Shown here: positions 18,899 through 28,314 of the stretch, piece by piece
Layout of the letters: each line of letters starts with the position of its first letter
How positions within the stretch are numbered: position 1 is the first letter of the stretch
Source: Bacteroidales bacterium
GTDB lineage: Bacteria > Bacteroidota > Bacteroidia > Bacteroidales > WCHB1-69
Length of the DNA stretch: 64,000 nt
Direction of reading: 5' to 3'
Assembly (NCBI GenBank): GCA_017554325.1
Contig: JAFZIP010000010.1
Location: forward strand, 5,760 to 69,759
Made by a program: the position numbers and the translations under genes
The notes under the pieces: generated by a model
Database searches by the model: none
Seen by the model: the letters and a program-made list of their open reading frames with translations, nothing else
Told to the model about the DNA's origin: nothing

Positions 18899-18906
18899 TA
18901 TCTTTG
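18899..18906 (+). promoter_or_regulatory. -7 box, TAtcTTTG.
   Basis: Exact match 25 nt upstream of the ATG at 18931. This argues against the longer ORF-track start at 18895. Confidence 0.55.
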
Positions 18907-18930
18907 CAGCCTAAAAAAACAACCCCTTAT

Positions 18931-21900
18931 ATGATTGCTGATTACATTTTTGAAACCGCCTGGGAAATTTGTAACAAAGTGGGCGGCATCCATACTGTTT
19001 TATCCACCAAAGCAGCCACAGTGGTGGAAAACCTGCACGACAATTATATCTGTATTGGTCCCGATTTATCCAAAGAACATAGTGATGACTTCATTGAAGA
19101 CGTCAATTTATATAAAAACTGGCGGGAAGTGGTACAACGCGAAGGGCTGAAAGTCCGTATCGGACGCTGGCGCATTTGCGGTTCTCCCGTGGTTTTCCTG
19201 GTTGATTTCACCCCGTTTTTTGAAAAAAAGAACGAGATTCTGACCAAATTCTGGCTCAACTACAAGCTGGATTCCATCTCCGGGCAGTGGGATTACATCG
19301 AGCCTGCCCTGTTCGGCTACGCCGCCGGACGCGTGATCGAGAGTTTCTACAACTTCCACTGCAACTCCATGGACCAGATCATCGCCCATTTCCATGAGTG
19401 GATGACGGGCACCGGCATTTTGTACCTGAAGACCAACACGCCGCAAATTGCCACCGTGTTCACCACGCACGCCACCGTGCTGGGACGCTGCATCGCTGGC
19501 AACGGTCTGCCCTTGTACGGCAATATCCGTCAATATCAGCCGCTGGAGACTGCCACCCGTTTCGGTGTGCAATCCAAATATTCTCTGGAATCCCTCTCCG
19601 CGCAACACGCGGATGCCTATACGACCGTGAGCGAGATCACCAACAAGGAGTGCGACGCCTTCTTCTGCAAGCCAGCAGATGTTATCACCATCAATGGTTT
19701 TGAGGACGACTTCGTGCCCAAGGGCGAAGAATTTGATACCAAGCGTGCCGCAGCACGCAAAACGCTGTTGCACGTAGCCTCTTCCTTGATGCAACAAGAA
19801 CTTCCGGAAGACGCCATGCTGGTCATCAACAGCGGCCGTTTCGAGTTCAAGAACAAGGGCATTGACGTGTTTATCAAGAGTTTGGCTAAGCTGTCGCAGC
19901 AGCAGCCCGACCGCAAGATTGTGGCCTTCCTCACGGTGCCTGCCGGCAACAGCGGCAAGCGCGTGGAGCTGATCAACCGCATGCAGCAACCCATCGGCAA
20001 CACGCCCATCACCAGCGACTACGCCACGCACGTACTGCACGATCCCTACAACGACCCCATCATGAAAGCCCTGGCCGAAAACGGGCTTACCAATAAACCC
20101 GAAGATAACGTCAAGGTGGTCTATGTGCCCGTCTATCTCGACGGCAACGACGGCATCTTCAACCTCAGCTACTACGACCTCCTCATCGGCTTCGACCTCA
20201 GCGTGTTCCCATCCTACTACGAGCCCTGGGGCTACACGCCGCTGGAGAGCATCGCCTTTGGCGTGCCCACCGTCACTACCACATTGGCCGGCTTCGGCCT
20301 GTGGGTCCGCGACCAGTTCGGCGAGCAACAGAGTGTAACCGTCATCGAACGTACCGACGACAACGACGCGGAAGTGGTCGATAACATCGCCAAGGCCATC
20401 ACCTTCTACAGCCAATGCAACAAGCAGACCAAGGACAACCTCAACCAGACGGCCATGCAGATTGCCCAGAAGGCCTTGTGGACCAATCTTTACGAGAATT
20501 ACAAGCAAGCATACACCATCGCGCTGAGCAAGAGCGAACTGCGCTTTGAACAATATCAGACCAAAACCGCCAACATCGGGCAAATCGTGGAGCACATCAG
20601 CTCCGAAGGTCCCGAATGGCACCGCATCGCCATTAAATCCCATCTTCCGGAATCTCTCGAAAAGTTAGAGAAACTGTCCGAAAACCTTTGGTGGAGTTGG
20701 AACTATGAAGCCCGCGAGTTGTTCGAGGAAATCGCCGGAGCCACCTTGTGGCGCGATTGTGCCGAGAATCCTGTACACCTCATCCAGATTCTCCCGTTGG
20801 AAAGAATCGAGAATTTTGCCAACAACGAGGCCTATTTGAAAAAACTGGACAAGGTCTATAGCGATTTCCGCGCCTACATGGAGACGCCCTGTACACGTCC
20901 CGAGAAGAAAATCGCCTACTTCAGCATGGAGTTCGGCATCAGCAACGAGCTGAAGATTTTCTCAGGCGGTTTGGGCATGCTGGCCGGCGACTATTTGAAA
21001 GAGGCCTCCGACAGCAATGTCAACATGATCGGCATCGGCTTGTTGTATCGATACGGTTATTTCACCCAGCAGATTTCCGCGCACGGCGCGCAGGTAAACC
21101 TCTATCCGCCGCAAAGTTTCTCCAAACTGCCCATCACGCCGCTGAAAGATGAAAACGGCGAGTGGAAGAAGGTGAGTCTCGCCCTGCCCGGACGTACCCT
21201 GTACGCCCGCATCTGGCGCGTGGACGTGGGCCGAATCCCCTTGTATCTGATGGACACCGACTTTGACGAGAACTGGAACGAGGACCGCGGTGTCACCGCC
21301 ACCCTCTACGGCGGCGATGTGGAGAACCGCTTGAAGCAGGAGATCCTGCTCGGCATCGGCGGCATGCGCATGCTGAACATCTTGGGCGAGAAGCCTACCC
21401 TGTTCCACCTCAACGAAGGCCACGCCGCTTTCCTGAGCCTGGAGCGCCTGTATCAGATCATGCAGGAGGAGCACGTGAACCTGTCCATAGCCACCGAGTT
21501 GGTACGTGCCTCGTCGCTTTACACCACCCACACACCCGTACCCGCGGGTCACGATGCATTCCACGAGGACCTCATGCGCACCTATTTCGCACAATATCCC
21601 GAGCGTTTCGACATTTCCTGGGAGACCTTCATGGGACTGGGCCGCAAACGCGACAATTATACCAACGACAAGTTCTCAATGAGCATTCTGGCTTGCCGTT
21701 TCTCGCAGGAGATCAACGGTGTAAGCCGCATCCACGGCCGCGTGTCGCGCGAGATGTTCGCCGACCTCTACGAAGGCCGCTTCGCCGAAGAGTCGCACAT
21801 CGGCTATGTGACCAACGGCGTGCACTACCCCACCTGGGCGCACAAGAAGTGGCAACAGCTCCACGCAGAAGTGTTCGGCCCGGCATTTGCCGCCGACCGT

Positions 21901-23148
21901 TCCAATCCCCAACATTGGAACAAGATCAACAGCGTGTTTGACAGCAAGATATGGCAGCTCAAACAGGAACTCCGCAAGGAGATGTTCGATGCCATCAAGC
22001 CGATGCTGAACGAGCAGATGCGCCGCCGCAACGAGTCGCCCGCACTCATCGCACAAACATTGAAAGCTATCCGCGACGACGTGCTCACCATCGGATTCGC
22101 ACGCCGCTTTGCAACCTATAAACGCGCCCACCTGCTGTTCACCAATGAAGAACGGCTCAAGGCGCTGCTCAGCAACCCCGAGCGTCCTGTGCAGTTCGTG
22201 TTCGCCGGCAAGGCACACCCGCACGACAAGGCTGGTCAAGACCTCATCACCCGCATTATCGAGCTGGCACGCAAACCGGAGTTCGTGGGCAAAATCATCT
22301 TCGTGGAGAACTACGATATGATCCTGGCCAAGAAACTGGTCTCCGGCTGCGATGTATGGCTCAACACGCCGACGCGCCCGTTGGAAGCATCCGGCACCTC
22401 CGGCGAGAAGGCCGTGATGAACGGCGTACTCAACTTCAGCGTGCTTGACGGCTGGTGGGCAGAGGGCTACGTGCCAGGCGCCGGCTGGGCCATCAAAGAG
22501 CAGATTACCTATCAGGACAACCACCTGCAAGATGAGCTGGACGCCGCCACGCTCTACTCCACCATCGATGAGGAAATCGCACCGGCGTTCTATGTTCGCG
22601 ACAACCAAGGCATCCCGACCACATGGGTCGCCATGATGAAGAAATGCTTTGCCAAGATATCTCCGCATTTCACCATGAAACGGCAGCTGGACGACTACTA
22701 CGACAAGTTCTACCATAAACTGGAGAATCGCCATGCGCAATTGGTCATCGACAACATGATGCCCGTGCGTACGCTGTTGCGCTGGAAAGAAAAAGTGCTG
22801 GCGAATTGGAGCTTGCTCAAATGCGTGGCACTGAACTATCAGAACCGTATCAACAACACCTTCTATGTGGGCGAGAATCTCTCAATGACACTTACCATCA
22901 AGAAGGGTTCGCTCTCTGCCGACGATCTGAAAGTGGAAATGATTTTCACAGAACAGAACGAGCAACACCGCACTGTTTTGCACGCCAAATACCCGCTCGT
23001 TCCCGTCAAAGAGGAAGGCGACTCGTTGATCTACCAGTTTGACATGGATGCCAAGGATGTGGGGCTCTGGAACTGCGCTATCCGCATCATTCCGAGCAAC
23101 CCGCTGCTGCCGCACGATTTCGACTTCAACTTGGTAAAATGGATGTAG
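18931..23148 (+). CDS. Fusion protein: GT3 (eukaryote-type, UDP-glucose) glycogen synthase N-terminal half plus GT35 alpha-glucan phosphorylase C-terminal half.
   Basis: The N-terminus reads YIFETAWEICNKVGGIHTVLSTKA, the hallmark GT3 glycogen synthase motif. From about aa 590 the sequence has LWWSWNYEARELFEEI (DUF3417-type leader of alpha-glucan phosphorylases), IAYFSMEFGI..GGLGMLAGDYLKEASD and EASGTSGEKAVMNGVLNFSVLDGWW (PLP-Lys region). It is one uninterrupted 1405-aa frame. Confidence 0.85.
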   Translation: MIADYIFETAWEICNKVGGIHTVLSTKAATVVENLHDNYICIGPDLSKEHSDDFIEDVNLYKNWREVVQREGLKVRIGRWRICGSPVVFLVDFTPFFEKKNEILTKFWLNYKLDSISGQWDYIEPALFGYAAGRVIESFYNFHCNSMDQIIAHFHEWMTGTGILYLKTNTPQIATVFTTHATVLGRCIAGNGLPLYGNIRQYQPLETATRFGVQSKYSLESLSAQHADAYTTVSEITNKECDAFFCKPADVITINGFEDDFVPKGEEFDTKRAAARKTLLHVASSLMQQELPEDAMLVINSGRFEFKNKGIDVFIKSLAKLSQQQPDRKIVAFLTVPAGNSGKRVELINRMQQPIGNTPITSDYATHVLHDPYNDPIMKALAENGLTNKPEDNVKVVYVPVYLDGNDGIFNLSYYDLLIGFDLSVFPSYYEPWGYTPLESIAFGVPTVTTTLAGFGLWVRDQFGEQQSVTVIERTDDNDAEVVDNIAKAITFYSQCNKQTKDNLNQTAMQIAQKALWTNLYENYKQAYTIALSKSELRFEQYQTKTANIGQIVEHISSEGPEWHRIAIKSHLPESLEKLEKLSENLWWSWNYEARELFEEIAGATLWRDCAENPVHLIQILPLERIENFANNEAYLKKLDKVYSDFRAYMETPCTRPEKKIAYFSMEFGISNELKIFSGGLGMLAGDYLKEASDSNVNMIGIGLLYRYGYFTQQISAHGAQVNLYPPQSFSKLPITPLKDENGEWKKVSLALPGRTLYARIWRVDVGRIPLYLMDTDFDENWNEDRGVTATLYGGDVENRLKQEILLGIGGMRMLNILGEKPTLFHLNEGHAAFLSLERLYQIMQEEHVNLSIATELVRASSLYTTHTPVPAGHDAFHEDLMRTYFAQYPERFDISWETFMGLGRKRDNYTNDKFSMSILACRFSQEINGVSRIHGRVSREMFADLYEGRFAEESHIGYVTNGVHYPTWAHKKWQQLHAEVFGPAFAADRSNPQHWNKINSVFDSKIWQLKQELRKEMFDAIKPMLNEQMRRRNESPALIAQTLKAIRDDVLTIGFARRFATYKRAHLLFTNEERLKALLSNPERPVQFVFAGKAHPHDKAGQDLITRIIELARKPEFVGKIIFVENYDMILAKKLVSGCDVWLNTPTRPLEASGTSGEKAVMNGVLNFSVLDGWWAEGYVPGAGWAIKEQITYQDNHLQDELDAATLYSTIDEEIAPAFYVRDNQGIPTTWVAMMKKCFAKISPHFTMKRQLDDYYDKFYHKLENRHAQLVIDNMMPVRTLLRWKEKVLANWSLLKCVALNYQNRINNTFYVGENLSMTLTIKKGSLSADDLKVEMIFTEQNEQHRTVLHAKYPLVPVKEEGDSLIYQFDMDAKDVGLWNCAIRIIPSNPLLPHDFDFNLVKWM

Positions 23149-23188
23149 AAGAGTTTAGAGTTTAGGGTTAAGAGATTACGGAATAGAG

Positions 23189-23824
23189 ATGAGTGAGGGG
23201 GCATACAGCATAGTGATTTTGGCCAATGGGCAATTTCCTTGCAGTAACACTGCTTTGGAATGTCTGCGGCAGGCGGAGCAGATAATCTGCTGCGACGGGG
23301 CGTTGGACACGCTGGTAGCTGCCGGCTACGAGCCCACCGCCATTGTGGGTGATATGGACTCCGCGCAGACAGCAAGTCTCCAACGTTGGAACGACCGCCT
23401 TCATCCCGACAAGAGTGAAGAGTACAACGACTTGCAGAAAGCCCTCAAATACTGCATTTCTAACGAACTGAACTATGTTACATTGCTCGGGTGCGGCGGC
23501 CTGCGCGAGGACCATTTCATCGCCAATCTCAGCATCATGGCCACCTACAGCGAGCAGCTGGACCTGAAGATGGTAACTGACCACGGCACCTTCATCGCGA
23601 TACGGCAAACCTCTACCCTGCCCTCGTTTGCAGGACAGCAAATTTCAATATTCTGCAAAGACGAGCAACTCCCGCTGACCTTCCACAATCTCAAGTATCC
23701 AGTGCAGAATCGTTGTTTTCAACATCTCTGGGAAGGCAGCCTGAACGAAGCATTAGGAGACTCTTTTACCATCGAGTTGCACGGCGAAGGTGTGGTGGTG
23801 GTGTATCTGGGAAACTGCCAATAA
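23189..23824 (+). CDS. thiN: Thiamine pyrophosphokinase.
   Basis: 211 aa. The motifs are IVILANG, IICCDGA, AIVGDMDS and YVTLLGCGGLREDH, followed by a C-terminal thiamin-binding beta domain. Confidence 0.8.
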   Translation: MSEGAYSIVILANGQFPCSNTALECLRQAEQIICCDGALDTLVAAGYEPTAIVGDMDSAQTASLQRWNDRLHPDKSEEYNDLQKALKYCISNELNYVTLLGCGGLREDHFIANLSIMATYSEQLDLKMVTDHGTFIAIRQTSTLPSFAGQQISIFCKDEQLPLTFHNLKYPVQNRCFQHLWEGSLNEALGDSFTIELHGEGVVVVYLGNCQ

Positions 23825-23902
23825 AAAAACAAAATAACAGACAAAAACAGTTGGCAAAACAGGATATAGACCTCTATGCAACAATAAAACACAGCCACTT
23901 TG

Positions 23903-26020
23903 ATGAAAACCTTTTTCAATCAACACAAGTACATCTTCTTTCTGCTGATTATCAGCATCGTGGCTTATTCCGGCACACTGTTTTTTGCACCCATCTTTGA
24001 CTTTGCCAACGAGTTTTTCCCAGCTCGCTGGTCGATGATGAACGCCCTGAACAATGGGGCGTGGCCCTTATGGTGCCCTTACCGCTCAATGGGTATTCCG
24101 GCCCATGCGGATCCTCAATCTTCCATTTTCTATATTCCCTTCTGGCTGATGGCATTATTAGGAAACTACAGCCCCTATTTCTGGGGCGTGGAGTTTATTT
24201 TCCACGTATTCATGGCCGGATGGGGCTTCTACAAATTAGCTCAATGCTTTTCCAAACAGCAGGTTGTCTGCTTTATGATAGCTTGTGCGTACATGATGTC
24301 CGGACCTTTCACGGGCAACGCCCAGCATTATTCCTGGATCATAGCCCTGGCCTGGCTGCCCTGGGCACTGAACTACATGATCAGAATCTTCGAGTCGCCC
24401 TCCCTGAAAAATGCCTTGGGCATGGCTTTGGCCTTGTCGCTGATGTTTACAGGAGGATATTCCGGGTTCTGCTTCATCCTGTTTTATTTCTTCATCGTGT
24501 TTGCCCTTACACATTTCATCAGGATGATGGTTAAGAGAGAGAGCAAACAACTAAAACAGACATGCCTGTTTCTGTGCATTTCCGGCATCGTATTGGTGGT
24601 ACTGTCCCTTCCATCCTTGATTTCCTACTTTGAAGCCTTGCAGTATGTTACCCGGGGTGACGGTTTGACATACGAGCAGGCCACGGCCACACCCTTCAGG
24701 GTCAAAGCATTGCTATCCCTGTTTTTCCCCTGGATGACCAGTTACTGTCGGGAATGGATATTCATGGATATCTCCATGAGGTCGGTATTTGTGGGGCTTT
24801 TCACCGTATTCTTCTTTATCGTCGGCTTGCCTCAGCGGAAAAACACAAACATCTGGATATTCTTAGGATGGGGTGTTTTGTGTTTTCTCTTGTCATTGGG
24901 GAGCCAACTGTCGCTTTACAAATTGGCTTACCATGTGCCGCTAATCAACCTATTGCGGCACCAGACCATCTTCCGGTGTTTTGTGGTAGTTTCATTGCTG
25001 GTCATAGCGACCAAAGGCTGTGAAGCCGTGTGTTTGGATTTCAAACGGCACAAGACGTTCTTCATGGCATTTTTATGCTCCCTCGGTGTGATGTATTCGA
25101 TCGTGATGATTCTTCATTTCATCAAGGTGGATTTTCATCATGCGAAAGATTATCAAAACAGCCTATTTTGGGGATTGCAATCCCTGTTTTATGTAGTATT
25201 GATACTGGTTGTGGATATCATCCTATGGCGAAGCACAAAACATGCTCCGGCCATACTGGCTACCGGATTGGTCCTGGACCTGGTGATCATGACTTTTTTG
25301 AGCATGTCTTCCACTGGATACCAAAAAGAGTTTACCAATGCACACTATGCCAAGATCTTGGCACACACACCTCAGAGTTTCCCACCACCCCAGGAAGTGA
25401 CCTCTTCCGAAAGAATGAAACATGAACAGGATTATGGATTCATGTATCAAAACATTGGCTGTTTCGCCAAGAAAATCGAATGGGCGAGCCGGGATCCTTT
25501 CAAGTTGAAGAATCATCAGGAAATGCTGAAGCCCTATCTGGAAAAGGATGTACTGTTATATCTGCCGAAAGCAGCTTTCTTTCCTTCTGAAATTGTGTAT
25601 TCCGAAGATCCGTTGATGTTGTCTGTGGACACTGCATACGCATCGGATGCAACCAGAGCAGCCCATTATGAGAAAGACACCGAGGTGGAGTTTATGACCT
25701 TCAAGCCCGGGGAGGCGGTGTTGCATACCGTCACAGGAGAAAAACGTCCCTTGGTGCTTGCCCAAAATTGGTATCCAGGATGGAAAGCCGTGATGGATGA
25801 TAACATTCCGCTTACAATCAAACCTTTGAATACGGCCATGATTTCAGTGGATGTGCCAGAAGGGAAACATCAGATCAGATTGTATTATGACCGTAGGGAT
25901 TGCAAGATCGCCTTTGTTATTGAATGCGTAATGGCGTTGATTTCATTCATATATTTGATGTTCGGCGCAAATAATAGATCAGCAACACTAGCGAGGAAAC
26001 CACGTAGGAGACCGTATTGA
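23903..26020 (+). CDS. YfhO-like polytopic membrane protein (putative glycosyl/lipid-linked sugar transferase).
   Basis: About 705 aa. It has more than 12 predicted TM helices in the first two thirds and a C-terminal soluble part ending in one TM helix. This is the YfhO family layout. The ATG at 23903 directly follows the TTG at 23900. Confidence 0.6.
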   Translation: MKTFFNQHKYIFFLLIISIVAYSGTLFFAPIFDFANEFFPARWSMMNALNNGAWPLWCPYRSMGIPAHADPQSSIFYIPFWLMALLGNYSPYFWGVEFIFHVFMAGWGFYKLAQCFSKQQVVCFMIACAYMMSGPFTGNAQHYSWIIALAWLPWALNYMIRIFESPSLKNALGMALALSLMFTGGYSGFCFILFYFFIVFALTHFIRMMVKRESKQLKQTCLFLCISGIVLVVLSLPSLISYFEALQYVTRGDGLTYEQATATPFRVKALLSLFFPWMTSYCREWIFMDISMRSVFVGLFTVFFFIVGLPQRKNTNIWIFLGWGVLCFLLSLGSQLSLYKLAYHVPLINLLRHQTIFRCFVVVSLLVIATKGCEAVCLDFKRHKTFFMAFLCSLGVMYSIVMILHFIKVDFHHAKDYQNSLFWGLQSLFYVVLILVVDIILWRSTKHAPAILATGLVLDLVIMTFLSMSSTGYQKEFTNAHYAKILAHTPQSFPPPQEVTSSERMKHEQDYGFMYQNIGCFAKKIEWASRDPFKLKNHQEMLKPYLEKDVLLYLPKAAFFPSEIVYSEDPLMLSVDTAYASDATRAAHYEKDTEVEFMTFKPGEAVLHTVTGEKRPLVLAQNWYPGWKAVMDDNIPLTIKPLNTAMISVDVPEGKHQIRLYYDRRDCKIAFVIECVMALISFIYLMFGANNRSATLARKPRRRPY

Positions 26021-27149
26021 CCACACAGGCACCGTCAACCTGCCACTTCGGGACCAGCCAGAAGGACAATGCCAGCGTAAACAGAAGGCCTATAGCCGAC
26101 TTGATGATGAGAATATTGAGTTGACGTATGGCGGAAAAATAGTGACCAATCACATTGGAAAAAGCGATGGCCAAAATGCCGGGTGCAAGCAACAGCACCA
26201 CTTGCTTCACACTGCCGAACTCCGGACCGAAGATAAAAGAGAACAGCGTTTTCGGCAACAACAGGATAACGCCTACGCATACGGCTGAGACCAGCAGACT
26301 CACCAAGGCCAGCGACATGGTCTCATCCCTTGACTGCTTTGTATCGCCTTGCTTGAGCACATTGGAAAACTGCACCGTCGAAATGCTGCGGCTCACAATC
26401 CAGATGGCTTCTGCGATAGTTACGCCAATGGAGAACACACCCACAGAACCTATGCCGATGAAAAAATCGAGCACGTAATAGGTCAGTCGGTAGTTGAAAA
26501 ACTGGAGCAGACTGCTCAGCTCGGTCTTCCAGCCAAACGCCAGCATCTGGCGGTTGCAATCCCGATCATAGTCCCACTGCAAGCGAATGCCCATCTTGCG
26601 CCGCAGAATCCGGCAAACCAGCAGCATCAGGCATAAGGAGACAATCTGGCCGTAGAAATAGCAATAGTAACCCTGTTGCGGAAAGATGAAATGGAAGAGC
26701 AGCATGAACAGCAACAGCGACGCGGGCTGCAAGACCGTCATCAGATTATAATGCCCTATTTTCTGGCCGCCCACAAACAGGGAATTGTGAAACGCGATAA
26801 GGCCCATGAGCGCGGAGGCGGCAAACACAAACGGCACTACGATGGTACGGCCAAAGCACAGCAAAACCAACGCTCCAACAGCGGAGACAATAAACGACCA
26901 CAGATATGCCGCAGTAGATAGTTTTGATGTACCCAGTCTGGAAAAGAAGTAGGAGACACTGCTGCCGGTGAACACATTGGCGAAAATGGAAATCAGTCCC
27001 AAATCGGCCACAAACAACGCAATCGCCCCACGACCGTCCGCACCCCACAGTTGAGTAGTGAGCACCACGACAGCAAAATTCAGCAAGAGAATCAACGTTT
27101 TGCTGAGAATAGTGGCTAAAATATTGGTCTTCAGATTCAGGCTACTCAT
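25947..27149 (-). CDS. Polysaccharide/oligosaccharide flippase (Wzx/MOP superfamily).
   Basis: A 400-aa polytopic protein with the typical Wzx-like N-terminus (NILATILSKTLILLLNFAVVVLTTQLWGADGRG). Its 3' end overlaps the convergent yfhO-like gene by 74 nt. Confidence 0.65.
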   Translation of the reverse strand: MSSLNLKTNILATILSKTLILLLNFAVVVLTTQLWGADGRGAIALFVADLGLISIFANVFTGSSVSYFFSRLGTSKLSTAAYLWSFIVSAVGALVLLCFGRTIVVPFVFAASALMGLIAFHNSLFVGGQKIGHYNLMTVLQPASLLLFMLLFHFIFPQQGYYCYFYGQIVSLCLMLLVCRILRRKMGIRLQWDYDRDCNRQMLAFGWKTELSSLLQFFNYRLTYYVLDFFIGIGSVGVFSIGVTIAEAIWIVSRSISTVQFSNVLKQGDTKQSRDETMSLALVSLLVSAVCVGVILLLPKTLFSFIFGPEFGSVKQVVLLLAPGILAIAFSNVIGHYFSAIRQLNILIIKSAIGLLFTLALSFWLVPKWQVDGACVVNTVSYVVSSLVLLIYYLRRTSNI

Positions 27150-28263
27150 GTTGCAGGATAAAACGGATGAAGTCGTCTTCTATTGCCCTCCAGTTGTATT
27201 TTTGCTCGGCAAAGCGACGTGCATTCTCGCAATGTTGGCGGTATAGTCCTGGGACTTTCAAATACTGTTCAATGATGTCTGCCACCCTGTTTTCATCTCG
27301 CGGGTCCACAAGATAACCCACCTGCGAAATCTCAGGGCAACCCTCTTCAATGGCATCCAAATTGGAATAGATGACAGGCTTACCTGTCGCCATATAATAG
27401 AAAAGTTTGATGGGCAGACATTTTCGATTTTCCTTGTCTGTGCTTCTTAAATCCAGAAACAGATCTTGATCCGCCAGTGTTTCACAGTATCGTTCAAAAG
27501 GAAGATAAGACGAGAAGTCCAGCGAAAGGTTTCCGGGCAGGTCAGCGGGGACATGAGGCAACAGAACATCCGTGCGCACTTGCAGTCTTATTTTCCAATC
27601 GGGAAGCCTGTCGGCCACCATGACCGCCGAAGCGAGCACGTGCGGAAAGCCCTTCTCTTCCGTCAATGGTCCACTGTAAAACAAACGTACCTCATCCTTC
27701 AAATCCCTAGGCTGTGAAGAAACGATATAATTCAACTCCGGATAATATGAGACATACACATAGGGTTTACGCGGAAACAATCTCCTGAAAGGCAGCGATT
27801 TATATTTCTCTCCGAAAATAAATCCATCCGTATGACAATTCACATAGATATTAAACAGATGGAGAATGATTCTTTTGAAGAAATTGCGGACAGGTCCGAG
27901 ATTCCTAACATTCTTTTTGGAAGGATACCATTCGGTCACATCGTACAAAATACGGCAAGAAGAATGCGTTTTCCGTCTGTAGATCAAAGCACCACGCAGG
28001 GCCATGGGCGTGTCACCGATCACCACATCGGGATGCTGTTCTGCCAACAAGTCCGCCAGGTAACGCATCAGCTGCCGGCGCGACATGCTTTCCGGACTAT
28101 AGACTTGCACCAAAGGAGTGGTAAGAGTTCCTGCACGCGGGGCAATGATCACCACCTCACAATCGTGATGCATCAGGCTCTGTGCCTGATGAAACCATAC
28201 TCTGTCATCATCAGCGGCATGCGCGGTTAGCAGAAAAACAACTTTCATCTTTCTCTTTGGCAT
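27142..28263 (-). CDS. Glycosyltransferase (GT4/GT1-like, GT-B fold).
   Basis: 373 aa. It begins with an N-terminal Rossmann-like MKVVFLLTAHAADDDRV and has C-terminal E..G.P..E-like elements. It overlaps the flippase gene start by 8 nt, so the two form an operon. Confidence 0.65.
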   Translation of the reverse strand: MPKRKMKVVFLLTAHAADDDRVWFHQAQSLMHHDCEVVIIAPRAGTLTTPLVQVYSPESMSRRQLMRYLADLLAEQHPDVVIGDTPMALRGALIYRRKTHSSCRILYDVTEWYPSKKNVRNLGPVRNFFKRIILHLFNIYVNCHTDGFIFGEKYKSLPFRRLFPRKPYVYVSYYPELNYIVSSQPRDLKDEVRLFYSGPLTEEKGFPHVLASAVMVADRLPDWKIRLQVRTDVLLPHVPADLPGNLSLDFSSYLPFERYCETLADQDLFLDLRSTDKENRKCLPIKLFYYMATGKPVIYSNLDAIEEGCPEISQVGYLVDPRDENRVADIIEQYLKVPGLYRQHCENARRFAEQKYNWRAIEDDFIRFILQHE

Positions 28264-28300
28264 TATAGTACGTGAAGATAATCCTGAAAAAGGATGGATG

Positions 28301-28308
28301 CAAAAATA
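28301..28308 (-). promoter_or_regulatory. -7 box TAttTTTG (minus strand).
   Basis: The reverse complement of caaaaata lies 38 nt upstream of the glycosyltransferase ATG at 28263. Confidence 0.5.
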
Positions 28309-28314
28309 GCAAAA

